From assembly GCA_903845085.1 (NCBI GenBank), contig CAIMWD010000020.1:1-41879 (forward strand): a DNA stretch of 41,879 bases, in the 5' to 3' direction. The notes under the pieces are model-generated. The model was not told the DNA's origin, ran no database searches, and saw nothing but the letters and a program-made list of their open reading frames with translations. Position numbers and translations under genes: made by a program. Of this stretch, positions 1 through 12,707 are shown piece after piece; position 1 is the stretch's first letter; each line of letters opens with the position of its first letter. This DNA comes from an uncultured Acidimicrobiaceae bacterium (lineage in GTDB: Bacteria; Actinomycetota; Acidimicrobiia; Acidimicrobiales; Bog-793).

Positions 1-29
1 ACATGACGTGATTAAAGCCGCTCGAGTAA

Positions 30-847
30 TCAGAAACGCATGAAACTACTGAGATTCTGGCCCCAGGAGGGGTTCGAACATAGTCCCATTACCTCCACCA
101 GGAGACCGTTACTAAAACTAATGTCCTGAAGAAGACCACCATGGTCGGCGCTACGGCTGGCCTTGGTGGTCTTCTTTTGTGGCGCTTGTCGCGCCGACAC
201 GGCCCTTTTCAGTTCCCCTCCGAGCAACGTGTCGAATGGTTCACGGAGCTCGGCCTCAAGGCGAACGTCGCCGAATCCTTCATCATCTTGGATCACCAGC
301 ACCTTCGAGAAGAACGCCTGATTGAACATTCGCTTGATGTGCTCAGGAGCATCTCAGTACGCGGCTCCGCAGTCCACAGTCAGGTCCAGTGCCAGTTGCA
401 GGTTGCGTTCGATGTCTTCGTACTCCGTGCTCGTCGCTTCGAGCTGTGCAGCGATTTTCTGCAAGGCACGACTGATGCGCTCTTGCTCGCGCCCGAGAAG
501 ATCGAGTGGGATCGCTCCGGCGTAGTGGGCCTCCAAGAGCTTCTGGCGCTCACGCTCGAGCTTTTCTTGCTCACGCTTGAGGTCCGCCTGTTCGCTCTCC
601 ACCTGCTTGCGACTCGTGCGGAACTCCTCACGGATCATCGTCTCGACGCTCAGGCGGAAGCTCGAATCAAGTTGCATCCGGTGGTAGTAGTCCTCGAGCT
701 TCTTCTCAACTTCGTAGATCAAGACCGCCCGGAGATTGCATACGGTGCGCTTGGAGTGACGGCCCGCGCAGTAGTAGTACGGGTACTTCATGCCGGTCGC
801 CGAAGTGGAGTGCTGGACCAAGAGTCGCTCACCGCACTGGCCGCAGG
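30..847 (-). pseudogene. Large serine recombinase, C-terminal remnant (zinc ribbon and coiled coil); N-terminus missing, internal stop
   Basis: ORF 354..872 has CGQCG...YYYC...C zinc-ribbon and 'ERQKLLEAHYAGAIPLDLL' coiled-coil signatures. It continues in frame past a single TGA (354-356) as DAPEHIKRMFNQAFF (ORF 30..329). No catalytic resolvase domain is present upstream of CGQCG. Confidence 0.85.
69..100 (+). other. tRNA/tmRNA-3'-like attachment-site sequence inside the recombinase 3' end
   Basis: GGGGTTCGAAcatagTCCCATTACCTCCACCA resembles a T-loop plus ...CTCCACCA acceptor end with a 5-nt interruption; no 5' tRNA half is present. Confidence 0.5.
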
Positions 848-931
848 GTTGGCATCTCCTCGTGGAACTCACAGTGTCCTGCGCCGAGCGCGAGCGCCTG
901 GCGCGGTATCTGATCTACCCGGGTCAGAGAG

Positions 932-967
932 AGCCCCACCTCTCAGTGGCAACCAAGAGGTGGGGCT
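932..967 (-). terminator. Hairpin downstream of katG, probable terminator
   Basis: Perfect 12-bp inverted repeat AGCCCCACCTCT / AGAGGTGGGGCT with 12-nt loop, about 35 nt after the katG stop; no U-tract. Confidence 0.65.
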
Positions 968-1001
968 TCAGCCAACTTGTGCGATCCGCACGAGTGTCTG
1001 T

Positions 1002-3747
<2,746 letters not shown>

Positions 3748-3753
3748 GGGAGG

Positions 3754-3792
3754 AGCGTACCTCCGTATTTGGAATAAGTCAAAACTTGGAAT
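3754..3792 (-). promoter_or_regulatory. furA promoter (TTGACT-N17-TACGCT, leaderless) overlapping an AT-rich putative FurA operator
   Basis: -35 at 3782-3777, -10 at 3759-3754, 6 nt before the ATG. AGTTTTGACTTATTCCAAA resembles, from recall, the mycobacterial furA operator; TTGGAAT occurs at 3769 and 3786. Confidence 0.75.
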
Positions 3793-3877
3793 TAATCGAT
3801 ATTTGTGGTCGATCGGCGTACCACCCAGTTCGGTCCGCTGCATACGCGGCGTCAGAGTTCCCATCGTTATGGTCGAT

Positions 3878-3899
3878 CGTCACACCTGACGGATAAGTT
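3878..3899 (+). promoter_or_regulatory. Leaderless recC promoter, PafBC (RecA-NDp)-like architecture
   Basis: CGTCAC-N10-TAAGTT followed by 6 nt and GTG 3906; compare the mycobacterial consensus TGTCGG-N10-TANNNT. Confidence 0.5.
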
Positions 3900-3905
3900 G
3901 GGCGC

Positions 3906-6900
3906 GTGCTTAAGCTCTATGAGTCCTCCCGTTTGGAGCTGCTTATCGAGCCGCTGCTCTCAATTGTGCGAGAGCCACCAGCGGATGCATTTTCTCCCGA
4001 GTGGATCGCGGTGCCAAACGCGGGGATGCAGCGTTGGCTGCGCCTCGAGCTCGCGCGTCACCTCGGTGCGAATGGTGGCAATGAGGACGGGGTTACCGCG
4101 AATATTCAATGGGAGTATCCCGGCTCACTCCGCGCCATTTTGCTGGCCAGTGCGACTACGGATGATCCCCTGCGCGGCGATCCCTGGTCGATCGATCGGT
4201 TGGTGTGGCGTATCCTCAAAGTGCTCCAAGAGGAGAACATCGCCCAAAGGTGTCCAGATCTCCCGCTACTCCCTGAGGGAATGACGCGATATCAACGAGC
4301 GCGCCATCTTGCTGACCTCTACGATCGCTACGACCTACATTCGCCAGAGATGGTGAGGGCATGGACCTCAGGTGAAGATGTTGGGCCTGATGGCGAGAAA
4401 TTATCCACAGATGAGCGTTGGCAGGCGCAGCTGTTTCGCATTGTCCATAGCGAGATCGGTGAACCGTGCCCCGCAGAGCGACTTCCCGAGCTATTTGCGC
4501 GAGTGCGCGAGGGATCCCTCGGGCTCGCACTTCCACAGCGACTGGAGATCTTTGGTCTCTCGACGCTTCCCGGGGGCTCCTCCTTCTTGGAGCTCGCGGA
4601 GGTGGTTGCTACCCAGCACAATCTCTCACTCTTCTTTTTAGATCCCTCACCGACGGCACAAAGGAGGGTTCGTACGCATGCACCAAAGCGATTCGCGGGA
4701 ACGCGGCTCCTGCGTCGCGACGACATCTCTCACAGCTATGTCGAGCATCCCTTAGTCCGTTCATGGTCGCAACCTGCGCGAGAGCGGGCACTTCTCCTCG
4801 GCGAACTTGAGCACACGCCGAAGTACTTCGAAGCTTTGGATGAGCGACCACCGAGGCATCTTCTTGCGGCTTTGCAGGAGGCGATCCTCCGTGACCGTCC
4901 CGCAGAGAGTGGCGTCACTCCGGATGCTGCAGACGGGTCCCTGAATGTTCACGTCTGTCACGGCATTGCACGCCAGGCAGAGGTAATGCGCGACGCAATC
5001 TTGCATCGGCTACAAGATGACCCGACGCTGAGTGAAGAGGAGATCATTATCCTCTGTCCCGACCTTGCGACCGCACTCCCTGCAATTGAACTGGCTTTCG
5101 GTCCCTCTGCGCCCGCCTCCCCAGGCGAAGAGACGGATGCAACTCACCAGGCTGTGGCCGCTGGACGAACTGTCAATTTAAGTCGCATGGTCGCTCCGTT
5201 CCGCTATCAGATCGCCGATCGCTCGCTGCAGATGACTAATCCGCTATTGGAGGCGCTTGTCGCACTTTTGCAGCTGCTCTCTGGTCGTGGGACGGCCTCA
5301 GAGGTAAGTCAGTTCCTCTCGCTTGAGCCGGTTCGACAGAGGTGGGAATTGGGCGAAGAGGATCTTGACACCATCGATCGATGGATGCGCGAGGCGCGCG
5401 TGCGATGGGGACTGACGTCCGAACACCGACGTGATCGGGAACCGCTCTTGGTGGGCTCGCGCAATACGTGGGCCGAGATGGTCGATCGCCTTCTTGCAGG
5501 AGTGGTGATCAGTTCCACGCCGGGATCGCTCATGGTTGATGAGGTTGCACCTATCGCCGTCGATGGTGATGAGATCGACCTCGCAGCGGCAGTGGCAGGA
5601 GTACTCGCTCTCCTCGAGAGGCTGCGCCGAGAGGCGAAGAGCGAAAGGTCGATTTCGCAGTGGTGTGACTTCGTGAAGGGCGCTACGGCGCAGCTCTTCC
5701 TGGCATCTCCCAATGCAACGTGGCAGCAAGAGCGGCTTAATGAGATGTTGCTTCAGCTCATGGAGAGTCAGGTGGACCAAGACAGCACACCCGCGACGAT
5801 CGGGCTAGCTGATCTACGGCGCGTCATCGAGGAGCGAATACGGGCAATTGTGGGGCGAGCAGATTTCTTCAGGGGGGGGATCACCGTAACGTCATTGGTG
5901 CCGCTCAGTTGGGTGCCCTTCCGGGTTGTTGGCATCCTTGGGCTCGATGAGGGTGCCCTAGCCACTTCGAGCTCCATCGGCGATGACCTCCTTGCACGTG
6001 AGGCGCATATTGGCGATCGGGACACTCGGGCTGAGGTCAGACAGGCGCTTCTGGAGTCGCTTTTAAATGCAGAGGACGCAGTGATCATCACTCGCAATGG
6101 CCGTGATGAACGGACCAATGCCGAGGTCTTTCCCGCGACGGTCTATATCGAACTGCGCGATGCAATTGTCGCGCTCATGGGACCACAGGGTTCCGCACTC
6201 TTTACAAGATGGGTGCAACACATCCATCCATACCAGTCGTTTGATCGCGCGAACTTTGTCGCCGATGAGCGTAGTGGTGCGCCCGCGTGGAGCTTTGATT
6301 TCGAGGCGCTGCTAGCTGGCGACCTCGGTGCGCCCGCCAAGACCAAAGCGATTGCGGATGCTCCTCTCCTCTCCCCTCCAGCAGACCTCTTGCCGGTACC
6401 TCTCGGGAGGTTGCAGCAATTCCTCACGCGTCCGGTTCGTACCTTTCTCACAGATCGTCTCGGCGTTGCGTCACACTTTGCAGAGTCACCCCACGATGAT
6501 GTGCTCTCGATAGAGATCGATCCGCTCGACCGATCTACGGTGGGACGCCGACTCCTCGAGATTGTGCGATCGGGACACTCGCTCGAAGAGGCGCTACGGA
6601 GCGAGGCGCAACGTGGCATCGTTCCGCTGGGCCGCGTCGGCGAGATCGGGTTGCGCCAAATCGCGGAAGAGATAGAACTTTTTATCGAGGCCGAAGCAGC
6701 GCTCGCCATCAACAGTGCACGAGAGCTGTCGATCGCAAGCGAATTCACCACAGAGATCGCGGGGGTGCTCTCTGTGTGTAACTACCTCGACCCCAAAACC
6801 TCGCAGGCGTTGCAGGGGACACTGTCAGTCGATTTTCAGCGTGCAAAATCGACGCTTGCGCTCACGGGTGCGTTATCGGTTGCCCTCCTCACTATTGGCC

Positions 6901-7376
6901 AACCGGAGGTTCAATGGACTGCATCCTCGCTGCGGCGGGGGAGATCAAAGAGTGGTCTACCTGATGTTCCTGAATGGCAGCGAATCTCTGTCCGTGGTGA
7001 AGACCTGGCATCGCGTGCGAAAAATTCCCGCCAGATATTGCAACACCTGCTGACGCTCTATCGGTGGGGAATGTGTCAAGCACTCCCACTCTTCCCCGAC
7101 CTTTCCGCCGCTCTTGCCCAAGGCGAGGGCAAGAGCGGAGACTGGATCATTGACCGCTCCTATGGAGATGGGCTCGATGATGCAACGTTGTTCGCCTTTG
7201 GAGAGCTGAGCTTTAGCGAACTCCTCGCCCTGCCGCTAAGGGGCGACGAACCGCAAGAGGTTCGCACGCTCCTCCTGAAGAACGAACCTGTTCTTGCAAG
7301 GCGCAATTCACGCGTCGTCGCATGGGCACGACAGCTATGGAATCCGATTACGGAGCTCGTCCATGTCGTCAACTGA
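3906..7376 (+). CDS. recC: Exodeoxyribonuclease V gamma subunit
   Basis: N-terminal 'SSRLELL...EWIAVPNAGMQRWL', 'ADLYDRY', 'VPFRVVGILGLDEG', 'HPYQSFD'; first gene of a recC-recB-recD run. Confidence 0.93.
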   Translation: MLKLYESSRLELLIEPLLSIVREPPADAFSPEWIAVPNAGMQRWLRLELARHLGANGGNEDGVTANIQWEYPGSLRAILLASATTDDPLRGDPWSIDRLVWRILKVLQEENIAQRCPDLPLLPEGMTRYQRARHLADLYDRYDLHSPEMVRAWTSGEDVGPDGEKLSTDERWQAQLFRIVHSEIGEPCPAERLPELFARVREGSLGLALPQRLEIFGLSTLPGGSSFLELAEVVATQHNLSLFFLDPSPTAQRRVRTHAPKRFAGTRLLRRDDISHSYVEHPLVRSWSQPARERALLLGELEHTPKYFEALDERPPRHLLAALQEAILRDRPAESGVTPDAADGSLNVHVCHGIARQAEVMRDAILHRLQDDPTLSEEEIIILCPDLATALPAIELAFGPSAPASPGEETDATHQAVAAGRTVNLSRMVAPFRYQIADRSLQMTNPLLEALVALLQLLSGRGTASEVSQFLSLEPVRQRWELGEEDLDTIDRWMREARVRWGLTSEHRRDREPLLVGSRNTWAEMVDRLLAGVVISSTPGSLMVDEVAPIAVDGDEIDLAAAVAGVLALLERLRREAKSERSISQWCDFVKGATAQLFLASPNATWQQERLNEMLLQLMESQVDQDSTPATIGLADLRRVIEERIRAIVGRADFFRGGITVTSLVPLSWVPFRVVGILGLDEGALATSSSIGDDLLAREAHIGDRDTRAEVRQALLESLLNAEDAVIITRNGRDERTNAEVFPATVYIELRDAIVALMGPQGSALFTRWVQHIHPYQSFDRANFVADERSGAPAWSFDFEALLAGDLGAPAKTKAIADAPLLSPPADLLPVPLGRLQQFLTRPVRTFLTDRLGVASHFAESPHDDVLSIEIDPLDRSTVGRRLLEIVRSGHSLEEALRSEAQRGIVPLGRVGEIGLRQIAEEIELFIEAEAALAINSARELSIASEFTTEIAGVLSVCNYLDPKTSQALQGTLSVDFQRAKSTLALTGALSVALLTIGQPEVQWTASSLRRGRSKSGLPDVPEWQRISVRGEDLASRAKNSRQILQHLLTLYRWGMCQALPLFPDLSAALAQGEGKSGDWIIDRSYGDGLDDATLFAFGELSFSELLALPLRGDEPQEVRTLLLKNEPVLARRNSRVVAWARQLWNPITELVHVVN

Positions 7377-10300
7377 GGCGCCAACTTCGCTCGATTGGAC
7401 AGAGTACATACGCTCACGGGGCCTCCCTCGCGGACGAGTCCTTATTGAGGCGAGTGCAGGCACAGGGAAGACGCACACCCTGGCGGCACTAGCGACACTC
7501 TTTCTTGCACTGGGCGACGCTGATGGAGAGCAGGTACGCATCGATGAACTCCTCCTTGTCACCTTCTCTCGGGCCGCTGCTGGTGAGCTTCGCGCCCGTG
7601 TACGCGAACGACTCCAGACGGTGGCTGCTGCTCTCGAAGGTTCAGAGAGTGCAGCCGCATCACCATCGCACGAAGATTTTGTCGTTGAGTATCTGCGTGG
7701 AGACCATGTTGATGAGATTCTCGCGCGCATCTATCGAGCGATTGACGAATTTGATCGAGCGCCGATCACCACAATTCATGGTTTTGCACAGCAAATACGA
7801 ACTTCACTTGGCTCTCGACTCCCCGGTGATCCCGCTGCGCAGTTGGTAGAAGACACACGAGAACTCGTCGCCGAGGTGGTGGGTGATCTCCTGTCGGTGG
7901 AGTCGCTTCGCCGCCTTGGGGTCGTGGAGAGTGAGCCGTTCCCCACGGTTAGGGAGATCACCGACGCATCGGTCGCGCTTCTCAACCATCCTGGGATGCA
8001 AACGGTGGAGATCCCTTTCGCTCTAGGGACCGATGGTGCGAGATTGCAGAGGGCGGCATTGATCACTGCGGTCTGCGAGGAGGTGGAACGTCGCCGTCGC
8101 CGCACAGGGACGGTGGGATTTGGTGACCTACTGACCCAGCTCCACTCTGCGATCGCACTCCACCCAGAGCTATCGGGCCAGTTGCAGCGGCGTTTTCGCG
8201 TGGTATTGATCGATGAATTTCAAGATACTGATGTGCAGCAGTGGGAGATCTTCAACCGTCTTTTTGGTGTTCGCTCCGATGGTGGAGCTCTGCTCCTCGT
8301 TGGTGATCCGAAGCAGGCAATTTACGGCTTTCGCGGTGGCGATATCTACGCCTATCTTCGCGCGCGCGATGCAGTTGAGGAGGAAGGTTCATCCCAACTG
8401 TGGAGTCTGTCGCACAATTACCGCTCCGACGGCGCACTCCTCGCCGCGCTAAATGCGCTCCTCGAGGGCTCGACATTTGGGAGTGATCGAATTCATTACG
8501 TGCCCGTATCGGCACCCCTAAAAAATGCGGGCTCTCGGATCGAATGGAGCGACGGTCTCCGCAGAGGTGCGCTTGAGGTTCGCCTAGAGCTCAGCGGTTC
8601 ATTAGCTGAGGATCGGGATGAGGCGATCGCTAATGACCTTGCCGTACAGGTGCGCGATCATCTTGAGAGGTTGCTCGTGCCCGATGATGACGGGAATTTA
8701 CGCGAGCTTCTTCCCTCGGACATCTGTGTTCTTGTCACGGCGCACGCGCATGCTCTTCCGATACAGCGAGCCCTTGGCGCACTGAAAATTCCTGCGGTCA
8801 CACTCCGACAGTCAAATGTGATGACGACCACAGCAGGTCGCCAGTGGCGCGATCTTTTCTACGCTCTTGCGCGACCCTCCGATCCGGCGAGAGCGCGACG
8901 GGCTGCGCTTGGTTGGTTCTTTCCCGATACCGCGGTGTCGCTCACTGAGGGTGCGGAGCAGCGTCTCGGCGAGGTACAGGAGCAGCTAGCTCGTTGGTCA
9001 CAACTTCTCCTCAGTGCAGGACTCAGCGAGACGATGCGCCGTATTCGTATCGAGAGCGGTGTCGTCGCTCGGGTCCTTGGTGCGCTCGATGGTGAGCGCA
9101 ACGCCACCGACCTGATTCAGATCGCTGGAGTATTTCAACGTCGCTCCCCCCACTCACATCCCAGTGCAACAGCTTTGGTCGCGCTCTACGACGAACTCAC
9201 CAATGAAAGAGATGATGAAGAGGGGCCGAAGATCCTTGCCCGTCAGATCGAGACGGAGGCACGGGCGGTGAAGATAATGACGGTGCATGCCGCGAAAGGT
9301 TTGGAGTTTCCCGTCGTCTTTATACCCCGGTTCTTCGCTCATCGTGCCAATAGTTCCGGCGTAAAGACCGTCGTCGAGGTCGATCCCACCCATGCTGACT
9401 ATGGAGTCGCAAAACTCCTTGTCGGGAAGTTTGATGGTAGGAATAGGTCGGCCGAGGACGACCGGCTTGCTGCCCTGGAACAGGCACAGGAGTTAGGAGA
9501 GCGCCAACGCGATCTCTACGTGGCGCTGACGCGTGCTCGACATCGTTTAGTGGTCTGGTGGGCGCCTGAACTCGCAAGGTCGAAGTCACTTTTGAGCCCG
9601 CTCTCCCGCCTCCTCTTCCACCGTGAGTCCGGGGTGCTTGCTCCTCATCACTCCACGGTCCCGGCGACCATTCCATCCGATGTGCCAGAGTTTCTGCGCA
9701 ACAACCTTCTACCGGCCAAGAGTGACGCAATGATCGACCTCGTTGATCTCTCGAACTACACCCCAGTCTTCACACCCTGGAAGAGTCCAAGTGACCCCGA
9801 TGGCATCGATCTCGCCGCGGCAGTGATCACACGCACGCCTCCCCGTCTCTATCGCAGGTGGTCATTTAGTGCGATGACCGAGGGCGTTCATGAGGGCACT
9901 GGCGTGAGAGTGAATGATCCGCTTGATGAATCGATGGGCGACCAAGGAGCGGCTGACGAATTGGTGCCCTGCGAGGAGGGGCGCGACCCTCTCGAAAGTG
10001 GGAGCGTTGCCTCCGACCTCCTGTTGGGAGATCTCCCGGGAGGAACAATCTTTGGCACCTTTGTGCACAAGATATTGGAGGAGATCGACTTCACGGCAGG
10101 CGATCTGGCAGGAGCGATCGCCGTAGGTATCGATCGCCGACTTCCCTATCTGTCACTGGAGCTCTCTCGAGATGAATTAATCGAGGGTCTTCTCCAAGTA
10201 CTCGCCGCGCCACTCGGTGAGCTCTGCTGTGGGCGTTCCCTCCAGAGTTTCTCTCCAAGCGATCGCCTAAATGAATTGTCATTTGAACTGAATTTTGCCG

Positions 10301-10839
10301 CGGCTACCCCTCTGCTTAATGTGCGCGATATCGGTACGGTCATGCTGCGGCACCTGGACAGTGAGGAGACACCCGTTGGACTCCTCGAATGGGCATCGGC
10401 ACTCGATGGGGGGCGCTATGACATTCCGCTTGTCGGCCATCTCACTGGCGAGATCGATCTTGTGTTGCGGGTACGAGGCGATGCCAGCAAGAGCGAACCT
10501 CGCTACGTCATCTGCGATTACAAGACCAACCGACTTGCTCCCCTGGGTCAGGTCCCTCGTGCGATTCACTATGTTCCCGAGCGACTTCTGCGAGAGATGT
10601 GCGATGCCGATTATCTCCTGCAGGCCCTCCTCTACTCTGTAGCGCTCCATCGGTATCTCCGCGCACGCCAGCGGAATTATCAACCCGAGCTTCATCTCGG
10701 TGGCATCGCCTATCTCTTTGTCCGCGGCATGTCCGGTGAGCAAACCGTCACGGACGATGGTGTGGGCGTCTTCTCGTGGAGGCCACCTGCCGCACTTATC
10801 ATCGAGCTGAGCGATCTCTTCGCCGGGATGCGGCCATGA
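7363..10839 (+). CDS. recB: Exodeoxyribonuclease V beta subunit (helicase-nuclease)
   Basis: IEASAGTGKT, LIDEFQDTD, VGDPKQAIYGFRGGD, MTVHAAKGLEF, YVALTRA, nuclease motifs GEIDLV / DYKTN. Start ATG 7363 with GGAG RBS. Confidence 0.95.
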   Translation: MSSTEAPTSLDWTEYIRSRGLPRGRVLIEASAGTGKTHTLAALATLFLALGDADGEQVRIDELLLVTFSRAAAGELRARVRERLQTVAAALEGSESAAASPSHEDFVVEYLRGDHVDEILARIYRAIDEFDRAPITTIHGFAQQIRTSLGSRLPGDPAAQLVEDTRELVAEVVGDLLSVESLRRLGVVESEPFPTVREITDASVALLNHPGMQTVEIPFALGTDGARLQRAALITAVCEEVERRRRRTGTVGFGDLLTQLHSAIALHPELSGQLQRRFRVVLIDEFQDTDVQQWEIFNRLFGVRSDGGALLLVGDPKQAIYGFRGGDIYAYLRARDAVEEEGSSQLWSLSHNYRSDGALLAALNALLEGSTFGSDRIHYVPVSAPLKNAGSRIEWSDGLRRGALEVRLELSGSLAEDRDEAIANDLAVQVRDHLERLLVPDDDGNLRELLPSDICVLVTAHAHALPIQRALGALKIPAVTLRQSNVMTTTAGRQWRDLFYALARPSDPARARRAALGWFFPDTAVSLTEGAEQRLGEVQEQLARWSQLLLSAGLSETMRRIRIESGVVARVLGALDGERNATDLIQIAGVFQRRSPHSHPSATALVALYDELTNERDDEEGPKILARQIETEARAVKIMTVHAAKGLEFPVVFIPRFFAHRANSSGVKTVVEVDPTHADYGVAKLLVGKFDGRNRSAEDDRLAALEQAQELGERQRDLYVALTRARHRLVVWWAPELARSKSLLSPLSRLLFHRESGVLAPHHSTVPATIPSDVPEFLRNNLLPAKSDAMIDLVDLSNYTPVFTPWKSPSDPDGIDLAAAVITRTPPRLYRRWSFSAMTEGVHEGTGVRVNDPLDESMGDQGAADELVPCEEGRDPLESGSVASDLLLGDLPGGTIFGTFVHKILEEIDFTAGDLAGAIAVGIDRRLPYLSLELSRDELIEGLLQVLAAPLGELCCGRSLQSFSPSDRLNELSFELNFAAATPLLNVRDIGTVMLRHLDSEETPVGLLEWASALDGGRYDIPLVGHLTGEIDLVLRVRGDASKSEPRYVICDYKTNRLAPLGQVPRAIHYVPERLLREMCDADYLLQALLYSVALHRYLRARQRNYQPELHLGGIAYLFVRGMSGEQTVTDDGVGVFSWRPPAALIIELSDLFAGMRP

Positions 10840-12626
10840 CCCGTAAAAATGTGGTCCCTGAATTCATCGGCGCCGAGGATGTTCTTCTCCCTTTTCTCAC
10901 CGCGCACGTTCTCAGCGCTGGTGATGCCGTAATTGCGCTTGGTATCGCTCGGCGCATCGGCGAACACAACCCTGTCGCCCTTTTGGGCCTTGCCTGCGCC
11001 TGTGCTGCAGTCCGTCTTGGACATGTCTGCGTCCCAGTTCGTCATCCCTCGTTGGTCTTCGAGGAGCTTGCGAATATGCCAGGGGAGCTCGAACTGTGGC
11101 CGACACCAGAGGAGTGGGATCGCGCGCTCGTCGACAGTCCCACGGTGCGCACCGATCGAGCGTCGCAGGGAGAACTTCTTCGGCCGCTGGTCTATGACGC
11201 CGAGCGTCTCTATCTCGAGCGCTTCTGGAGCTACGAGGTGCGTCTCGCCGAGCGTCTACTGGATCGTGCAGAGCAGGTCAGTACTCTCGCTATCGCTGCC
11301 TCGGAACGCGAGCGTGTGCTCAACCAACTTTTCCCAATTGATGACGAGCCGCTTCAGCGCGCGGGTGTCGAGCGCGCACTCACAGGTCAACTAGCAATAC
11401 TCATCGGTGGACCAGGTACCGGGAAGACGCACACTATCGCCCGTCTTATGGCGGCACTCAACCAGCTCAGCGCACCGGGCGCAGTATCCATTGCGCTGGC
11501 GGCACCTACGGGGAAGGCTGCACAGCGTATGAGCGCCGCCATTGGAAGCGAGCTCGGCATCTCCGCTGAGGATCACCATCACGCGGTCACATTGCACTCC
11601 TTGCTCGGTTATCGGCCGGGAGGAGGATTTCGCCATGACGCCCGGAATCCCCTCCGCCATGACGTTGTCATTGTGGATGAGGTGTCGATGGTCTCGTTGC
11701 CACTCATGTACCAGCTGGTTGAGGCGATGCGGCCTGGGGCGACGCTCGTCTTAGTCGGTGATCCCTATCAGCTCGCGAGTGTCGAAGCGGGCGCTGTACT
11801 TGAGGCGCTGGTTACTGGTGAGGCTGGGCGACCCTCCGCACTCGCTGAGGTGACGACGCAACTCGCTGTCCCGCATCGTTTCAGCGAACATTCAGCGAGT
11901 GCCCTTCTCTCCGCAGCGGTGCGACGCGGTGCGGCAGATGAGGTCCTTGCCCTTCTTGATGATCCAAATTTTGAGGGCGCCAAATTAATTGAGCCGGAAA
12001 ACGATCGCGAGATCATGGAATTGGTGAGACAACGGATCGAGGATGCAGTTGCCGTTGTCAACGCAGTACGACTCGGTGACATCGAGGATGCATTTACCCG
12101 TCTGACGCGGTTAAAGGTGCTCTGTGGTTCGCACCATCAACAGTACGGAAGCAACTGGTGGACAACGGAGATCGAGCGGGGTCTTGAGGAGCGTGGGCTG
12201 CTGCGTCGGTCTTTGCGCGGTTTCTACCTTGGACGCCCTCTCTTGGTGACACGCAATGATCCGATAAATCGGCTTTTCAACGGTGACCCAGGGGTGGTCA
12301 TCGATCGAGGCGAGCATGCAGTAATTGCGAGTACCAACGGGATGCGTACCCTTTCGATCTCGCAACTCTCCGAGGTTGACAGCTGGTGGGCCATGACCGT
12401 ACACAAAAGTCAGGGATCTGAGTTCGCAGAGGTTATCGTGACGCTGCCAACGGCGCCGAGCCCGCTGTTAACTCGCGAATTGCTCTACACCGCGGTTACC
12501 CGTGCGCGAGAAGATCTTGTCATCGTTGCCTCACGTGCAGCGATTGAGGCCGCAGTTACAAACCCAAGTGCACGATCCTCGGGGCTCGCTGCACGTCTGA
12601 CTCACGGTGTTGTTGGCCGCCGATAG
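10836..12626 (+). CDS. recD: Exodeoxyribonuclease V alpha subunit
   Basis: LYLERFW, GGPGTGKT, LAAPTGKAA, VDEVSM, LVGDPYQL, MTVHKSQGSEF, RELLYTAVTRA; ATGA overlap with recB. Confidence 0.95.
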   Translation: MTRKNVVPEFIGAEDVLLPFLTAHVLSAGDAVIALGIARRIGEHNPVALLGLACACAAVRLGHVCVPVRHPSLVFEELANMPGELELWPTPEEWDRALVDSPTVRTDRASQGELLRPLVYDAERLYLERFWSYEVRLAERLLDRAEQVSTLAIAASERERVLNQLFPIDDEPLQRAGVERALTGQLAILIGGPGTGKTHTIARLMAALNQLSAPGAVSIALAAPTGKAAQRMSAAIGSELGISAEDHHHAVTLHSLLGYRPGGGFRHDARNPLRHDVVIVDEVSMVSLPLMYQLVEAMRPGATLVLVGDPYQLASVEAGAVLEALVTGEAGRPSALAEVTTQLAVPHRFSEHSASALLSAAVRRGAADEVLALLDDPNFEGAKLIEPENDREIMELVRQRIEDAVAVVNAVRLGDIEDAFTRLTRLKVLCGSHHQQYGSNWWTTEIERGLEERGLLRRSLRGFYLGRPLLVTRNDPINRLFNGDPGVVIDRGEHAVIASTNGMRTLSISQLSEVDSWWAMTVHKSQGSEFAEVIVTLPTAPSPLLTRELLYTAVTRAREDLVIVASRAAIEAAVTNPSARSSGLAARLTHGVVGRR

Positions 12627-12707
12627 CTCAAAGAGGCGCTGTTGTTGAATTACCGGATGGTCAGTGAGATGTGCCAGTGCAACGACGAGGGCGAGCACAC
12701 GATCACC

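Noticed and set aside
354-356. In-frame TGA as selenocysteine or recoded Trp
   Set aside because: Other genes use TGA as stop, the gene is also truncated, and no SECIS-like hairpin is evident.
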